This document shows, in pieces, positions 1 through 15,654 of a DNA stretch of 64,000 bases. Within the stretch, counting starts at the first letter, position 1, and every line of letters starts with the position of its first letter. The DNA is from Callorhinchus milii (taxonomy: Eukaryota), in assembly GCF_018977255.1 (NCBI RefSeq), contig NW_024704743.1, forward strand, positions 8,682,001-8,746,000, given 5' to 3'. The position numbers and the translations under genes were made by a program. The notes beneath the pieces are model-generated. The model made no database searches, was not told where the DNA came from, and worked only from the letters and a program-made list of their open reading frames with translations.

Positions 1-2744
1 CTTTACAGTATATTCTGTGAAGCGCTTTGGGATGTCTAGAAGACGTGAAAAGCGCTATATCAAATGCAAGGATTATTATTATTATTCTCTCTTTGGTGGG
101 AACCATCCAAGTGTGCATTGGGGCCCTCTGGGAGTCTAACCAGCTAAAACCGCAAGGCTTGCCATTGATATCACTGTCTCGCAAGCTTTCCCGCTGCTTG
201 TTCAGCTAGGGCCACCCGATCCGTTAGGGCTTTGGCTTCCAGGGTTAAAGAGAGCTGAATGGGATGATTCCTTGCCTCCAGTGACTGGTTTGCCCTTCTA
301 AGTCCTGCCAATGAGCTGGGCCAATAGAAAAATGAGGTCCCATCTTTTCCGCAACAAAGACCCACGCCTGCTACAAACCCCCCATAAATGCAGCTTCTGG
401 CCGTGGGCCGCTCGCGCTCTTTACCCGAGGTCACTGCGGGAGGAGACTCTCTGGGTCTCTGAGTGTGTTTGTCTCTAACTAACCAAATCCTGCATTTATG
501 GAAATTTGCAGTTTAACAATTCACTTTGGTGTTCTTTTGTAGCAGAGAGAATATGAACCTGTAGTTACAATACTAAAAGCTCCAAATTAAGTTTATTTTT
601 GAAATAATTGGCCCCTTTACAGAGCTTTATAAAAAAAACGGACTGGCTGTAATCAGCAATCATTAAATAATGTGACTGTGAACTTTATTCAGTAAATACC
701 ATACATGTAAAAATCTGAAGCGTAAGCCAAGGCAGAATATCTAAATTTCAAAATCATGCTAGTTTTAAAGTCTACAAAATACCCTAGTTATTGCCAATTA
801 CAGCAAGTCCTTTTGAATATTAATATGTACTTTGCAGAACTCATAATAGCATGTAAAACCATTAATTTACAAAAAGGAAAAGAACCTAATGGAACATGGT
901 TGTTTTATTGCAGTGTGAATTTAGACTTTAAGCAATTCCAATTAATAACCCAAGGCAATTTTCTCTTTTCTAAACACCATGCCTAAAGTGGAATGAGATC
1001 TTACAATATCTGGATACAGTATAGCATTTATCTGGGAATGCTTTCAAAACAGCTGTTCTGGTAGTGAGTCTGCACAACACTCCAGCATTTAATAATGAAT
1101 CTGTTGCCATATAAGGTCACTCACTTACAGGCTGTTTAAAGTGTTACAGCCTCCCCAACGCCCCAGGCAGCTTCCTTGAGCAAATAAGCAACATTATCCA
1201 ACAGCATCTTTCCCAAAATGGGACCTTGGTTTAACATGTCATCCGAAGAGTGGCACCTCTGACAATGCTTCCCCAACACTTGACTGGAGTGCCAGCCTAG
1301 ACTGTAGCTCAAAAGTTTCAATGTGGGGTTTGAAACCAGTTTGCAAATAGAACTCAAAAGAGAGTCATTTCTCACTAGAGTAAGAGACTTCAATTAAACC
1401 TCCGGGTGAAAACGGGACAGATGGAGAGGAAAGAGATGTAAAAAAAATCAATTACAACTCAGGTATTTGACAAAAACAATTATGGTCAGCAACAAACGCA
1501 ACATTGATGGACGACTAAAAACATTGGTAGTGGACTCTGCAAAAAGGTCTTGGAAATGTCCATGGCAATGACAAATTAATCTAAATATTCCAGAAATTAT
1601 CATTAGGCAAGAACATCATTCATATAGCAACCATTCTGTCAATCAGATCAGAACATTCAAGATGCTGGAACTTTGAGAGTTTTTATTATGGCAGAGATAA
1701 CATTACAACAAATTGCACTAGTGACGACAACATAATACTAAATAACTCTTTTTGAAAAGAGCAAACAAAGGACGATACATAGAAACAGGAGTAGGCCATT
1801 CAGCCCCTCTAGCCTGCTCCACCATTTTATACGATCATTGCTGATCTGTACCTCAACTCCATACATAGTGCTTAGTCAGTGCCAAGCAATTTGCAATAGA
1901 TTTTCATTCTGCTGATGTCCTAAGTATAAAGACATACTATATTTGGATGCTATGTAAGGTTCTATGCACTTAAACCGAACACTCAATTTCTTTAAAACTC
2001 CATTTATAAATCATAACGACAAGCATTAAATCTGCAGCTGGTGGTTAGAATCAGATGTACAAATACTCAAATACTATCTAATAGGTCAACTGATTTAAGC
2101 TTGTACTTGCGAATGGATCAGTGAAAGTTTCAAAGTCCTTTTCCAGGACTCATTATTTGACTCTCTGGGATACCACCACAGTGAGGTGCGCTATATAAAT
2201 GCAAGTTATTGACTCCCAGGTGGCTACTGGCATGATCGAGGATTGTCATTAATAATCCATGCATTTGCTATAGAACCTTCACATCAAGACTTCACAGGAT
2301 ATGCTGTAAAGTGGATGAGCAGCTAGCTTTGCACAGCAACGTCCCACAAGCAGCCATGGGGGAATGACAATTTTATTTGGGGAATTATTGGCCAAGACAC
2401 CAGGAGAAACTCCTTTCTCCTTTAGAACAGTGTCATGGGATCTTTCCCCCTTTTACAGCAGATCAATCGAGCTTTGGTAGTAGCCTGGATTATGTGTCCC
2501 TCTCTCATGTTTCAATGTAAATATATGTAGCTGCATTTCAACATTGATCAGTTAGTATATTCATCGTTACCTGGGCCAACAGAATCCGCTACAAAGGCAC
2601 TCCTACATGACAAATTAAGTTTCTGGCCTGCGGGCCTCTTGCTGTTTAACTGACGTTAATGTAGGTGGGGTAGATCTGGATGCGTTATGCACAGTGCAGC
2701 ACAAACGGCAGATGGGCTTCATTCAAAGGCCCCACTGTTGTGAT

Positions 2745-2904
2745 TGTCTGTGTCTCTCTTTGTGTGTGTCTGTGTGTGTGTCTCTGTTTGTGAGTTTGTG
2801 TGTGTGAGTGTTTCTTCTATATGCATGTGTGTTCATGAGTATCTCTGTGTGAATGTGAGTGTGTTGCTCTCCTTTGTCTGTGTGTATACATATGTGTGTG
2901 TGTT

Positions 2905-2936
<32 letters not shown>

Positions 2937-3020
2937 ATCTGTGTCTATATATATATATATATACACACAATCTGTGTCTATATATATATGTCTATATACG
3001 TGTGTCTCCTTTTCTCTCTG
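2745..3020. repeat. Mixed (TG)n/(TA)n/(CA)n microsatellite
   Basis: Direct reading. Confidence 0.9.
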
Positions 3021-6000
3021 GGTCTCTGCGTGTTGTCAGGCCCTGAGAGGCAGAAGGTGGTGAGCGCCTGTAGCCTCGCTGGTGCTTCCCCCATCCCCTC
3101 AAAAATGGGCCACCCAGTTTTTGTTAAAGAAGCAATTAACATTTTTTTGCAACAATTTGTTATTTCCTCATATTTAGTTTTAATAAAGTGAAAAAAATGT
3201 AGGTTGATAGTAAAATGCACCTCAATAGCACCAACCCCTGCAATTTTCTGCAAATCCTGTCAAAAATTCCCTGTAATTTTCCAAATGACTGCATTTTGGA
3301 CAGATATTTCTGTACTTTTCTATCAGCCCAGATCATTGCCAAAGTTTCAGTAATAGGGACAATTGTTCTGTCATTGCAGTCAGTTATTTCAAGGCAGAGG
3401 AATTAGACAAGTATCAACGTTAATTTCAAGGGGGATAGGTGCAGGTCAGGTAGTACCAAGACAGCATATCTTACCTTGGTGAAGAAATTACATAGTGGTA
3501 ATGTGTACTTAGCATTTGTTTAAGTACTGAATTTCATCTTGGTTTTCATAGGAGACACAGTTTTGGCTAGTCGTTAGTTATAATGAGTCCTCACTTCGCC
3601 CATTGTACCATACCTGCCTGCATGGGTCCATACACATTTGTTTGTACCAAACTGCCTATGCTATTTTCCATAGATTCATAGAATCCGGAGTACTTTGAGA
3701 CATTTTATTACACTCTATACCTTCTTCATTTGAGTTTGAGGAAAGCAACCTGAAGAATTTAAGCAATTTCTGCTATTGTAGTTTTGAGCCATGAAGTGCA
3801 AAATTGTGTTTGTTGGCTGCTGTGAAAGTTTGGCTGTCTTTATTTGCTGTATTTGAAGCCAATCTTCTTTCCTTCTTGGAAATTGAAGTTTTAGAAACAA
3901 GCACATGTTGATCTTCCATTGAGGAAAATAATGAAGTGCAGGGGGGTGGGGGGGCGGTGGGGGGATGCACCTGTAAAACCCAACATAGTTGGGACATCAA
4001 AAAAAACTTCTTAAAGGGAAAGGTATCCCTTTAGAAATTCCAGATGCAAATCAAATGCAAGGAATCTACAATTAGCTGCACCTAATCACATGATATGTGG
4101 AGGATGTTGACAATGAAGAAACTTATCTTGCAGGGCTAAAAAAAATCAAGAGAAACAATATGGATCCCATGTCTCAATTGCAAACTACTATCGCTTAAAA
4201 TCAAGTATGTATAAAGCATTTTCAATTAGAAGATTTCAATGAGTTAAAAGTATTCTAGTACTCTATAAATATTATCCCAGTAATGGAATTTTTGCTCCCC
4301 AGTCAATAAAAAAAACATTAAACTTAGTTGTCAAATGGTTGCACAGCTTGTACAGACTACATTATGGGCCAGGAAACTAATTTAAGAGCTGTGAGGCCCA
4401 ATATTTCCATCCCTGTGGCTAGCTTAACTTTATTGAAATCCTGGAACTATATGAACAATTTTAGTTTCTTGAAATGCAATTTGAACATTGAGATACAATA
4501 GTTTTAATCTTTTGTAGGATAATTATTTTACTGTACTCTTCTATATTGTATGTTTGGTGGTTTACATACCAATAAAACATTCAGCCAATTCTTTAATAAC
4601 TATATTGTTTTCACCGCCATAAAGGCATGGAGTTATCTACTTTCATGTAAATATCTTTATTTTGTATTAATGCAAAATGTAATTGATGCACGTCTACCAG
4701 AAAGACTCGACTCTTGGCAACATTTACAGAACTGAATCATTGCTGTGGAGATTTTCTTTACTCAACAGAAGGAAATGTTACATCTAATTGAGCTTTCTGT
4801 CATAATTGATCAATTTGATTTTAGATAGTCGAGAACGATGCAGCGTGTTAACTGATATTATTAAACATGCAAAATTTGAAGTATTATACTAAAGAATCAT
4901 TAGTCCCTACTTCATTTGGCTTTTATGCTGCGTTATTCAAAAATAAAACTTTTAAAATCAGTAATATCTGTAAGAGCCCATTAAGTTAAACAGTCAGTAA
5001 ACAGATACCGTATGTTAACATTCCACCAATATAAATAGTTGGTGGAAACTATGAGCTCTTCAAACCTTACAGAACTTCTGTGGTATTTCCGCACAGACAG
5101 CTCATTCTGGTACATTCTATCAATGCAAGAAACTATTTAGCATAGTCCACACCATCTGCACTTTACAGTTAAGCATACGAGTCAACAGAACTCAAATTTT
5201 AGAACTGAAAGAGACACCTATTCAGTTAATATTAAAATTTCATAGAAACTGCACACCTGAAAACTTGATACTTTAGGTGTAAGAAAGCTGTGATTGGAGA
5301 TCTTTTCGGCCCCTATACAATTTATGCCTTTGATAGTTTGAGACGGTCTTCTCTTCGACCGTGCCTTCAGCTCCCCTCGCGACTCTCTACCTCCCTCCCT
5401 TCCCTCCCCTCATCCTGACCATTTCCCCCCTGCTCGGATCCCGACCCAACTGTCCAGCACCTTGGGACATCCTCCCGACGTGAAAGGCGCTCTATAAATG
5501 AAATCTTGTTGTTGTTGAAACAATGAATTTCTAATACTTGAATTAGGCCTGGAACAAACAAAACCGGTAAGCTCCAACTGTAACAACTGGGACAATCATT
5601 TGAGGGTGGTTGGCCAAGTACAATAGAAGGAGATAATAAAAATATCAAAAACAATAAAAATCAATGCAAATGAATGCTTGGGAGCATCGAGCATTAGTTT
5701 ATTCAACTGAATGCTGCTAGGTCTTAGGGACTCAGACAAGTATTAATTTGTACTGTCCTCACTTTTAAATGTGAAAAATTGTACTAAGAGATTAACAGGG
5801 CAGGTACCATTAGACAATCTATCAGCCTAAACCAGACAGTCAGGACAGTTTTTGAGCCAATGGAAACTACTTTAAAGTTGCTGCCACCTTCAACACCAAA
5901 GCAATGGCATTCATCTTGCTACTAGCCATAAACTTATTGCTACCTATGCTTCTGGCAATAAAACTTTAATTTTATTAAGAGTAACCCTAAATCAGGAGGC

Positions 6001-8519
6001 AAGTATTAACATAATTGCAGCATATTGTCATAAAATTTAAATTTCAAGCCCAGCATTTTATTTCCTAACTTTTCTCATGGAAATAAAAAGGGAAAGAATT
6101 CTCTGGGCCAACTTCATCTCAAATAGCAAGAAATTAAATTGCATATAAATGCAAATTGTTGTTGTTGAAGAGTCTCACATGTAAAGAATATGCACATAGG
6201 AAAGATATTATAGGATTCTGGCACTGTGCAAATACTAACCAATAAGTCAGCCTTCAGGAGGAGAAGAGGAAACATTTTAACAAACATTGAAAACAAAAGT
6301 TGCATTAGTCTAGTTACTTTGTTCAAGTCCACAAGCAGATAAACCAGCACAATATAAGTTTTGGCAGAACAACTTTGCTAAGTTAAAAATAAACAATGAT
6401 TGGAGAGCTTCAAACTACAGAAATATGAACTAGCATTGCCAAAAGGAAAAAGAGAGGAAACAATTGTCTTTTCTTATGCTTACTGGTCACATTTTACAAC
6501 CATTACCCTCCCTTCATCTACATTCAAATCTTTCTGCAGTAAGCCAACAAAGATAATTTATTTGGGTTTGTTCTCTGCTGCACATGACAACAACTTTAAA
6601 AATAACCACAATCTAATAACTCAATACATTTGGGAAGGATTTCTGGGTTCCATTATTGGGCAAAATTCTGAAATGTTTTAGAGTATTAACCTTTAAAGCA
6701 ATGACAAAAATGAAAAAGTGAGAAACCAATTTATTTACTCCCAAGACCTGATACCTCTAAAGTTAGCCTTCATAATGATTTCAATTAAAATAAAAATGTA
6801 TTCTGTTCCGCAATGCTTATTGCATTTCCAAAATTTGGGTAATTAGCATATAGCTTAGCTATATGCTAAATTGGTAGCATTCTCATGTCTGAAGTGAATG
6901 TACTTAAGAGGCCCAGCTTCCAGGCACAATGCCTACCATACAAATTGATACTGAAATTAAGGAAGTTGCGAAATCCAAACAGTGGATGCTAGACAGGCAA
7001 GAGGATAAGTGGCTATACGTCAACTTTCAGGCAAAGCTATACTAGTTTTGAAAAGCGCTGTACCAAATGCAAGGATTATTACTACTAAAACTGACAATGA
7101 ATTACTTGATTTATAACCCACCCTCTGACTTATCTCACATTCTTGCATACAACAAGGGCAGAATCATCATCAGGTAGAAAAAGCAGTCCTTAAATTAGCT
7201 TCACAGCAAGGGCAGTTTAATAACTTCCTACTGAAAATCTTGTTTGAAGAGTTTACCACTTGCTACATATTAGCCGAGCTTTTCATATGCAGAATTGGGT
7301 TCATTGAATAACGAGAACATACCTGCATATAAACCACCACTTAGTTTAATAATATCTTGCTTTGACCCCTGAAATTAACATCACGGCAAAGGTCAACTAT
7401 GCATTATATACACACACACAAATGCATAAAAACAGAAAATTGCAGGACATCATCAGTCAATAAATTCTCCTAATAAGGTTGCGTTATCAAGTTGAAGTGT
7501 AATGATGTGTTCTGAAATGGATATACCGTACATTATAATGATCTTTGCATTATATAGTGCCTTTAACTTTGGGAGAACGTCTCAAAACACTTCACAAGAT
7601 TTACTATAAAGCGTAATGACTGTATTATGTAGGTGAACATAACATCCAATTTGTAATGCCTCACGAAGAAAATGCCCAAATTTATTTGGGGATTATTGAC
7701 CAGGACACCAGGAGAAATTCTCTTCTCTTTCCAAATAGTGCCAATGGATCTATAACGATCCACACATTAGGGAAGACACACCAGCAAGTAATTCTGATCA
7801 ACAGTTCGCTAAAGGTTTCTCTTCAAAGCCAGAATCACACAAGTCTCAACAGCTTAAAATAAGTAACATTGCTGACTGTCTGATCAGGAGTTGAACTTTG
7901 ACAAGGTACATCAAAAAGCTTGTTTTGAAAGAGCAAAGAACACAAAAGTTATACTGTATATTCAAATGAAAAAAACACAACAAATTAAACTTGTTTTTCT
8001 ACAAGGCAATTACAATAAGGAATTCAGCCATTAACTAGTCAAGTTATTGACCAACAGAGTGACAATAGGGTCAGGACAAGGTGCTGAAAATTTAGTTGCA
8101 ATAACAATTGCTCATGGACATTTCAGAAGAGGTCTAATAATTAGAACCTTAGTCATTGTGAGATTGTGTATTGTTGGATTTCATGCCCATAGGTCCAAGG
8201 TGTTTCTTTTAAAGCTACATTCACACTTGAGTGATTTTCACTGAAGCAAGGAATGTTTCTACTTATTTTGCACCACCATACTCTTACTCCACAGGATTAT
8301 TATTATTACTACTAAACCTGACAATGAATTACTTCTACTTGAACACTTAAGTCTTTCCTAGCTTCATTCCACAGAATTCTGCAGTTCAACTACTTTCCCA
8401 AACACTTTTACACACCCACTCTTACTAAGTTCCATTGCTCACAGTAAATTAGAGGTCCTATTTTAAGATTCTACTCTGGAGATTTATCTATGGCCAAATT
8501 CCTGCATGGTGTCTTAATT

Positions 8520-9330
8520 GTGGTAAACAGTGAAGGGATTCAGTAGAATGCAGGAAGACATAAACTGACTAGCAGAATGAATAGATAAATGGCAAATGAA
8601 GTTTAATGAAGGAATATGTGAAGTAATTCACTTCAGCAGAAAAATAAAGAGGCGGTCTATAGTCTAGAATATGATTGGAACCCAAGATAAGTAAACAGAT
8701 CTGAGGATTCAGATCCACAAATCTCTGTAAGTAGCTACACTGGTAGATAAGGCTAAAAAAAGGCTAATGGGATCTTATATCCAGAAGGATAGAATATAAA
8801 AGTGAGAAGGTGAAATTGAATTTATACAAATACTTGATCAGACCACATTTGTAGTATTGTGTCTAATTTGGGTCTCCACATTATAAAAAGGATATAGCAG
8901 TAATAGAAAGTGTGCAGCGTAGGTTTACGAGATGAGACTAGGGCTGGCCGGATAAACTGGATAGGTTAGGCCTTTTTTTAAAACTAGAGAAGAGACATTT
9001 ATCGGAGGGACCTAATAGAAGTGTTTAAAATTATAAAAGGGTTTGATAAGGATAACATAAATAGGCTGTTTCACTAGTTGGGGACACATATAAAATAGTT
9101 ACTTTTATAAGATAGTGATCAAAAAGAGAAGTTAGGAGGAATATTTCATGCAGAGGGTAGAGAGAGTGGAACTCACTGCCTGAAGCTGTGGTTTCAACAG
9201 TTAGTACAGATGCATTCAAGAGAAAGCTAGACCTTCACATGAGGGAGAGAGAAATAGAAGGGTACGGGAGGTAGGAATGAGTGAAGACTCTTGCAGCGTA
9301 TGAACGCCAGCACAGACTGGTCCATGCTGT
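8520..9330 (+). mobile_element. CR1-clade LINE 3' fragment, old
   Basis: Homologous to 20660-21525 (TGGCAAATGAAGTTTAATG, AGACCACATTTG..TATTGTGT), many stops. Confidence 0.8.
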
Positions 9331-12170
9331 ACGTTCTTTGTAATCTTTGGAAATTTTCTCCAGCCTGTACTCTTCCTCTACTTAGAAATCTATGTGCGCA
9401 ATTGGCTGCCCTGTTTCACCCACAAATATACAGTCAATTCACTTTTACAGCATATTCTGTGAAGCGCTTTCAGACATCTAGAAGACGTGAAAAGCGCTAT
9501 ATCAAATGCAAGGATTATTATTATTATTTCTTGTCTATTATTCACTTCCAATTCCCTTCACTCCACCAAGCTTTCAGCCACGATGCTGTGGTCCTTTGCA
9601 ACTTTCTACCAAAACCACATTCCTTTGCTCTTTCTCTGCTTTCAAATTGCAAAAGATCGCTCTTTGACCATGTCTTTGGCCAAAATCTTTAAATTTAATT
9701 TATCTGGTGGGTGTCCACTCTACATTTGTTAAGCACTTTGATGCATTATGTTATTTGAAAGGTAGTGCATAAATGCACATTGTGGTCTGGTTTCTTAACA
9801 GAACAGAAAACATCCTAGCTACTAGCATGTTTATGTATCTATGCCTCATTCCTCATAAGGTGATTTATTACACTGGTAATATTTAACATGAACATTAAGC
9901 AATTGAGATATTTGGCAAAACTGGATTAAAATGCAAAAGCTTTTGCAGTGTAGCTACATTTGAATGAGACATGTCCTGAGAGGGAAGACATTTCTCTATA
10001 AAGAATACCAATATCTGATATTTTAATTCTTCAAGCAATGTAATATTACTGCATTACTATTCATAGTTTTTGTTCCCAGGATACCAAGGTATTTTCCTGC
10101 TTTTATAAGTGAAAATCGACAAACTTGTTTTGCTCTTCTATCAGTAAGATATATTTCATTGCAAGAAAAGGAAGCTAGTCCTTTGGTTATTTGCTATGTG
10201 CTTCTTTGTAGTTGATCATGTCATGCTTTTGAGTTAATTTTGCTTTTTGGCCAGCCAGAGTCTTGACAGATCACCAGATCAAATGTCAATCTGATTCAGT
10301 TTAGTAGCACTGAGCCAGAAAGTTGTGGGCTCAAGCCCTTTGTCAGGACATGAGCTCATTGTCACTCTAAAGCAGTAGTGGGGGAAAACTGACATTCTCA
10401 GTAAGTGCTGTACTTTGGGTAAGACATTAAACAAAGGTCCCAACTTTGTTTACAATTCATGACATTTTAAGCATTAGTTCACTGAATTGCAACAAGCATC
10501 ACTACATATAAAAAGGCTAGGATTTCATTTTTCATACGTTTTCATTTTTAAATTCATTTTAAGCAGTAGGCAGGAAAATATTTCACACAATGCAAAATCA
10601 TTACTTCAATTTTGCATCTATGACAAGCTAATGAAATTCTCAAACATGTGCAGGCAGCTACATACCCTTCAACCACTCTTAAATCAGGTATGATTCCAGC
10701 ACACTGCACAACAGATCTTCAGATTTTTTTTAGTTGGCAGGGTTGCCAAGTACGATATATAATATTCAAAGTTTTTNGTGTGAAAATGATCTGAAATTCA
10801 CATGGAATTGTTCAATTCAAATATTGAGTCTGCATCTAAAATGTGTTTTAACACTTGAATTCAAGACAGATTAAAATTAGCATGTTTTTATTTTCATTGT
10901 TTTATTGTAATCACTATGTACCACTTTAATGCTGAGCAGAAACCTGCGCCCGGATTTCTACCAATGATATTCTGGACAAGGTGCTAGAGGTAAAAAATGT
11001 TTCCTTTCTGTACTAAAACAACTGAACTTTCAATAATATAACATTCACTGTGTGGATTAACAGATACCTTTGCATCATTAAAAAGTCAAAATACTCTGCT
11101 TACATTTGATAATTCTTTCTAATGTTTGGAAGGAGTGAATGGTAAAACCAATGTGGTGCAGTGAGCTCACACACTATTCTTTCTCATCTGGACAATATTT
11201 TAGAAATTCTTTCCATCTCTATTAAATCAATAGGCACTCAAAAAATGCATCAACTGCCAATCACAAAAATGCCGTAAAGATATCTGCTATAGGAAATGAG
11301 ATTAAACCACTGTTTGGGTATGGTCTAGGATTCTGCTCTGCATCTGACACATAACTAAGCACTATTAAATAACATAATAGTAATAACTACAATGAACGTT
11401 GTTTTTCAACAACAAAATAACAACAGGGGTACTGTAGATTCAGGGTCTACTTTTCATGCCAAAAAAAAAATTTGAGGGGGGGGGGGAATTGACATTAAAA
11501 CCTCCTGGTAAATTCTGTGAAAAATTATAAATATCTGCTACTGATTTGTGTCTTGGGCTGCATTTATGTTAGGCAGAGACCACCACAATCTTTTCCACAG
11601 CACTACTGCAGATTGCTCCTTTACTTGCAGATTGTTAGCAACAAATGTAAGCAATTCTGGTGCCAACAATGTATCCTGAAATACTACGTCATACGGTGCA
11701 ATGCTGTGGTCATCTGAAAGGTTCAGAGGCTATTGGTGATGTGCAAATCAGCAGGACTGAGAGTCACACAGCTCAGAAATTGGAAAGATCAAAACAAGTC
11801 AGAAATTGGGATCTTGTTGAGAGTTTTTCTTGTCCGATGCATGGAAATCCATTACTACACTAAAGAGTATGCAAACCAGACAGAGTTCCACATACATACG
11901 TATGCCACTTTTACACACAACAATCTCCCTGGATCTGGAATGGAATGTGAGGGATGCCGATGCTGAAACATCTTAAAACTCAAAAAATCATCAATTAAAA
12001 ACATTCTGTATTTTACTATCTGCAGAAGGTAATGGAGGCTTTGTGTGATTTTCAGGAAATGTATAATTTGAGATTGTGGATTTTGTTGCAGTACATCATA
12101 ATTCTGGCTATAGAAAAAACCTTCAAGCTCCAATTTAGAATACAAATCATCAAAAAGGCATTATAACAAA

Positions 12171-12371
12171 TAATAATAATCCTTGCATTTGATATAGCGC
12201 TTTTCATGTCAGGAGGACGTCCCAAAGCGCTTCACAGAAGACCTGTAAAGTGAATTGACTGTATATTTGTGGGCGAACGCGGCAGCCAATTGCGCACAGC
12301 AATGTCCCACAAACAGTCGTAGATTGAAAATGACCAATTTATTATTGTTTTTGGTTTTGGAGGGATTATTA
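12171..12371 (-). mobile_element. 5'-truncated SINE (other partial copies at 1-86, 9395-9527, 30020-30160, 36771-36975, 42070-42177, 45535-45740, 52130-52220, 63504-63735)
   Basis: Shared body CAATTGGCTGCCGCGTTCGCCCACAAATATACAGTCAATTCACTTTACAG and tail. Confidence 0.85.
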
Positions 12372-15300
12372 ACCCTAAAATGTCGCAAACTTTCCTCTTA
12401 TTATTCATCTACATTCTACTTCTGGATTTATTTAAAATTTATTTCTTCATTTGATTCACATTGCTTTCAACACATGGCAGCTGGGACAAACTGGATTATG
12501 AAAGCTGCTCTAATTAAAAGGTGCACTTCTCCATTGTGAGATTATATTAGTTTATCCTCCCAATCTGAAAATCTCTGTATAAATGTAAATTTGTATTATA
12601 TCTATCTACACACTCCAAATTGGGTACAGTTGATACTCCTAACTTATAACTGCTTTGTTAAAGAGTCAATGTTATCTGTTCGACTTGCAAGTCTGAACAC
12701 GGGAATTTATGGTGTTGCATAATTGGCAGCAGTAAAGGTATCATGATATAACCACAGTATCAAATCTTGTTAAAATGACACCATTTCAGTGAAGGCAGGT
12801 GAAATCATTAATCCCTGGCTAGACTTCAAATTCCCAGTCCACAGTATATCAGAAAGACAAAAAGTGGACAAAGCTTCACCCTTTAGATAACCAGGTTTTC
12901 TATTATTCTGCCCAGAAAAAAAGGAGTCTTTGACAACCTTTTGGTTTTACAGAAAGTTAAGAGCTGCAGAAAAAATATTTTTCTGAAAAGAAACTTTTTG
13001 AAGTTTTGCTTTAGCAAAAGAGGCAGTGTGATAGTTTCAATTGAAATCAAAGATGGTGAGATAAAAAATGTTGATAATGAAGGGCTAGAATAGAACCAAA
13101 CTGTCTTAATTTTTCTTTATAAGGGCTTGGATGAAATCAAAGCTTAGTGATTCAGCAGTGAACTGCATTTGTGATGGCATTCGACCTGAAGGAAGTTGAA
13201 TCATCAGCAAAAGAGTCAACAAGGTTGAATGAGTCTCGGCAGGCATCAATGCTACGGGGAAACTAACTAAGCGAGGAGAGAAAACTAGATAGCCATAAAA
13301 ATAATCATTGAAACCCATAAGACAGTCACATGAGTTTACGAGAGGTTGAATGTGATGACAAATTCATCACCATAGTCACCTTCAATTTTAAACCTTTGAT
13401 TTACTCCAGCCAGCAATTAGCCCTTGAGTGGCACCTTTAGCCACATGCATCAAACATATTATTAAGAAATCACCTCTCCGACATCCAAGCTACACATCTG
13501 CCTTCAAGTCAAAACAAGAATGAGGTAGAAAAAAAAGTTGCTGGTTGTGAAATGAATGTACTTGCTGTTATCATGAAGAATTTTGAACAATTATCCTTTC
13601 CATCTTTGAACAGAGAATGATGAAAATCAAAACAAGGCAGCCAAATATTTTAAATTGTATAAAAAGTGGGAAACAGAACTAGAAAAGTCTGCATTTGAAA
13701 AGAAAACACCTTTAAAATATCATTATTGTTCTGGAAATTTGAAGCTGGCAAAATAGGTCAGTCAATCCAAATGTTGTACTTTTAATGTGAAAATAATCAA
13801 AACACACAGAAGTTTATTGGGACTCATTAACATGCAAGTTGAACTTGTGCTTATTCATAGCAAGGCAGTTTCTAAAGGCCCTTCTCTAAATACCCATGCA
13901 TAAATACTGTAATGACCAAGAGTCCAAGAATAAAAAATGAACAGCTATGAATAAGAGTAGAACATACTAGAAAGGAAAAATGAAAATATACCAAGTCATG
14001 CTAAAGTTATCATTTCTATTTTTTTCAAGAAATGTTACATTGACCTTCATTGTATTTGTGACCACATAAGCAAGTGTTCTTCTTCAATTATTGTACAATG
14101 ATTGGATAGGCAAGCATGGGCAGAGAATAGCTTTTAAAAATACATTAGAACATTATAATGAAGATAAAAAGCTTTAAGGTGCACTTTCACAGAGGAAAAA
14201 GATGACTAATATTAAACAATGAGACAACTATAGTTCATGGATAGTAATTGCAATTACTTCGCTACTACTTTAACTGATTTCAATTAACTCAGCATAGAAC
14301 AGAGATCATCAAACTTGAGCCCTGGTTTGATGCAATTTCATGAAGGCATGAGATGACAGTGTCACTCAATTTTTTTTAACAAAATGTGCCAAATACCACA
14401 AGTATCACGAATATCTACAGGCCAAATGATTAAATTGTATTTGCCAAATTAATCACACAAAAATATAAATGCACCAATAATTGCGTTTTTAAAAACAATT
14501 CTAGAATAGTTGACTGGTGTGATTTCAGAATTGGTGTCATTTACCCAAACGTACTCAAATGGGGACACATTATTTCAAATATGGGATATGGGGAAAAAGC
14601 AGGGAAATCGGATTGAAAGAATTGCTCTGTAAGAGACAGGGCAGACACGATAGGCCAAGTGGCCTGCGCTGTAAATATCTATGATTCAAGGTTTACATTG
14701 GAATTCACATATTTAATGAATTATTTTAAACAGATCAGTCAACATTTCACACAAGATGATAAGCATAACTCAGTTTCTTTGTTACACTAAAGAATCTGCA
14801 TTTTGTTATGAAAGGATGAGATGGCTATGACTGCCTCCACGCCTCTTCATATTATCTCCTTATTTGTACATGTGCGAGTGTAATATACAAACACAGGGCA
14901 TAATTTTCAATATATTAAATACCGCCATAGCAATTTTCATTTAAGTCACTTTCAGTAAGCCTGGAGGCACGACATTTCACAGCAGCAGGGATTTGTGTAT
15001 GTCGTCCGTAAGATCGAACCCATTTGACACATTTTTAAAAGAAAACACAAGTCTTTGCCGATCACGAAGAAATAGGCGATTAAGTTTCTCTGGAAACAAA
15101 AGGCAAACTGCAAGGCAAAGAGAGAGAATGCACGCCCTGAGCAAACCGAGGACAGCTGCGTTTCCTACCGATTTAGAATAAAAATGATTTCCTTTTTTAA
15201 CGCAGAGAGAGTTTTTTTCACCCCCGGATGATTTAACAATTAAACATTTCTAAAGGAAATGGAAGCTCATTGCTACAGTGGGCGACCATGAAGTGTTGCC

Positions 15301-15654
15301 AGTCGGTGATCAAAAAAGGAAATCTCTTTTGAACAGTGGGGAGGGGGAGGAAAGGAAAGGCGAGAAACTTTTTTCCTCCCTCCCCTTGTGAACTGGAAGT
15401 CAGAAAATCTCAGGCCCAGCAAAAGTTTGAGAGAGAAAGAGAGAGCAGACGAGAGAAAGGGAGGGGTGGGCAATTCTGAGAGATCTCAGGAACCCCCGCC
15501 CCATGAACACGACATGTTTACGGTAAAAGACTGTAACTCGACGATTCATTTTGCAGCCCTCCCTCTCCCCCCTCTCTGCAACATGTTTAAACCAGTGCCA
15601 TGTCTTTCCCCACTCAAAAATAGGGACAAGCAACAGTATCAGATTGACTGTGTT

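Noticed and set aside
3720..3792. Possible minus-strand coding exon MAQNYNSRNCLNSSGCFPQTQMKK|GTATAG
   Set aside because: Weak donor and no recognisable homology; cannot be supported without transcripts.
10777..10777. Single N base
   Set aside because: Assembly ambiguity with no biological meaning evident.
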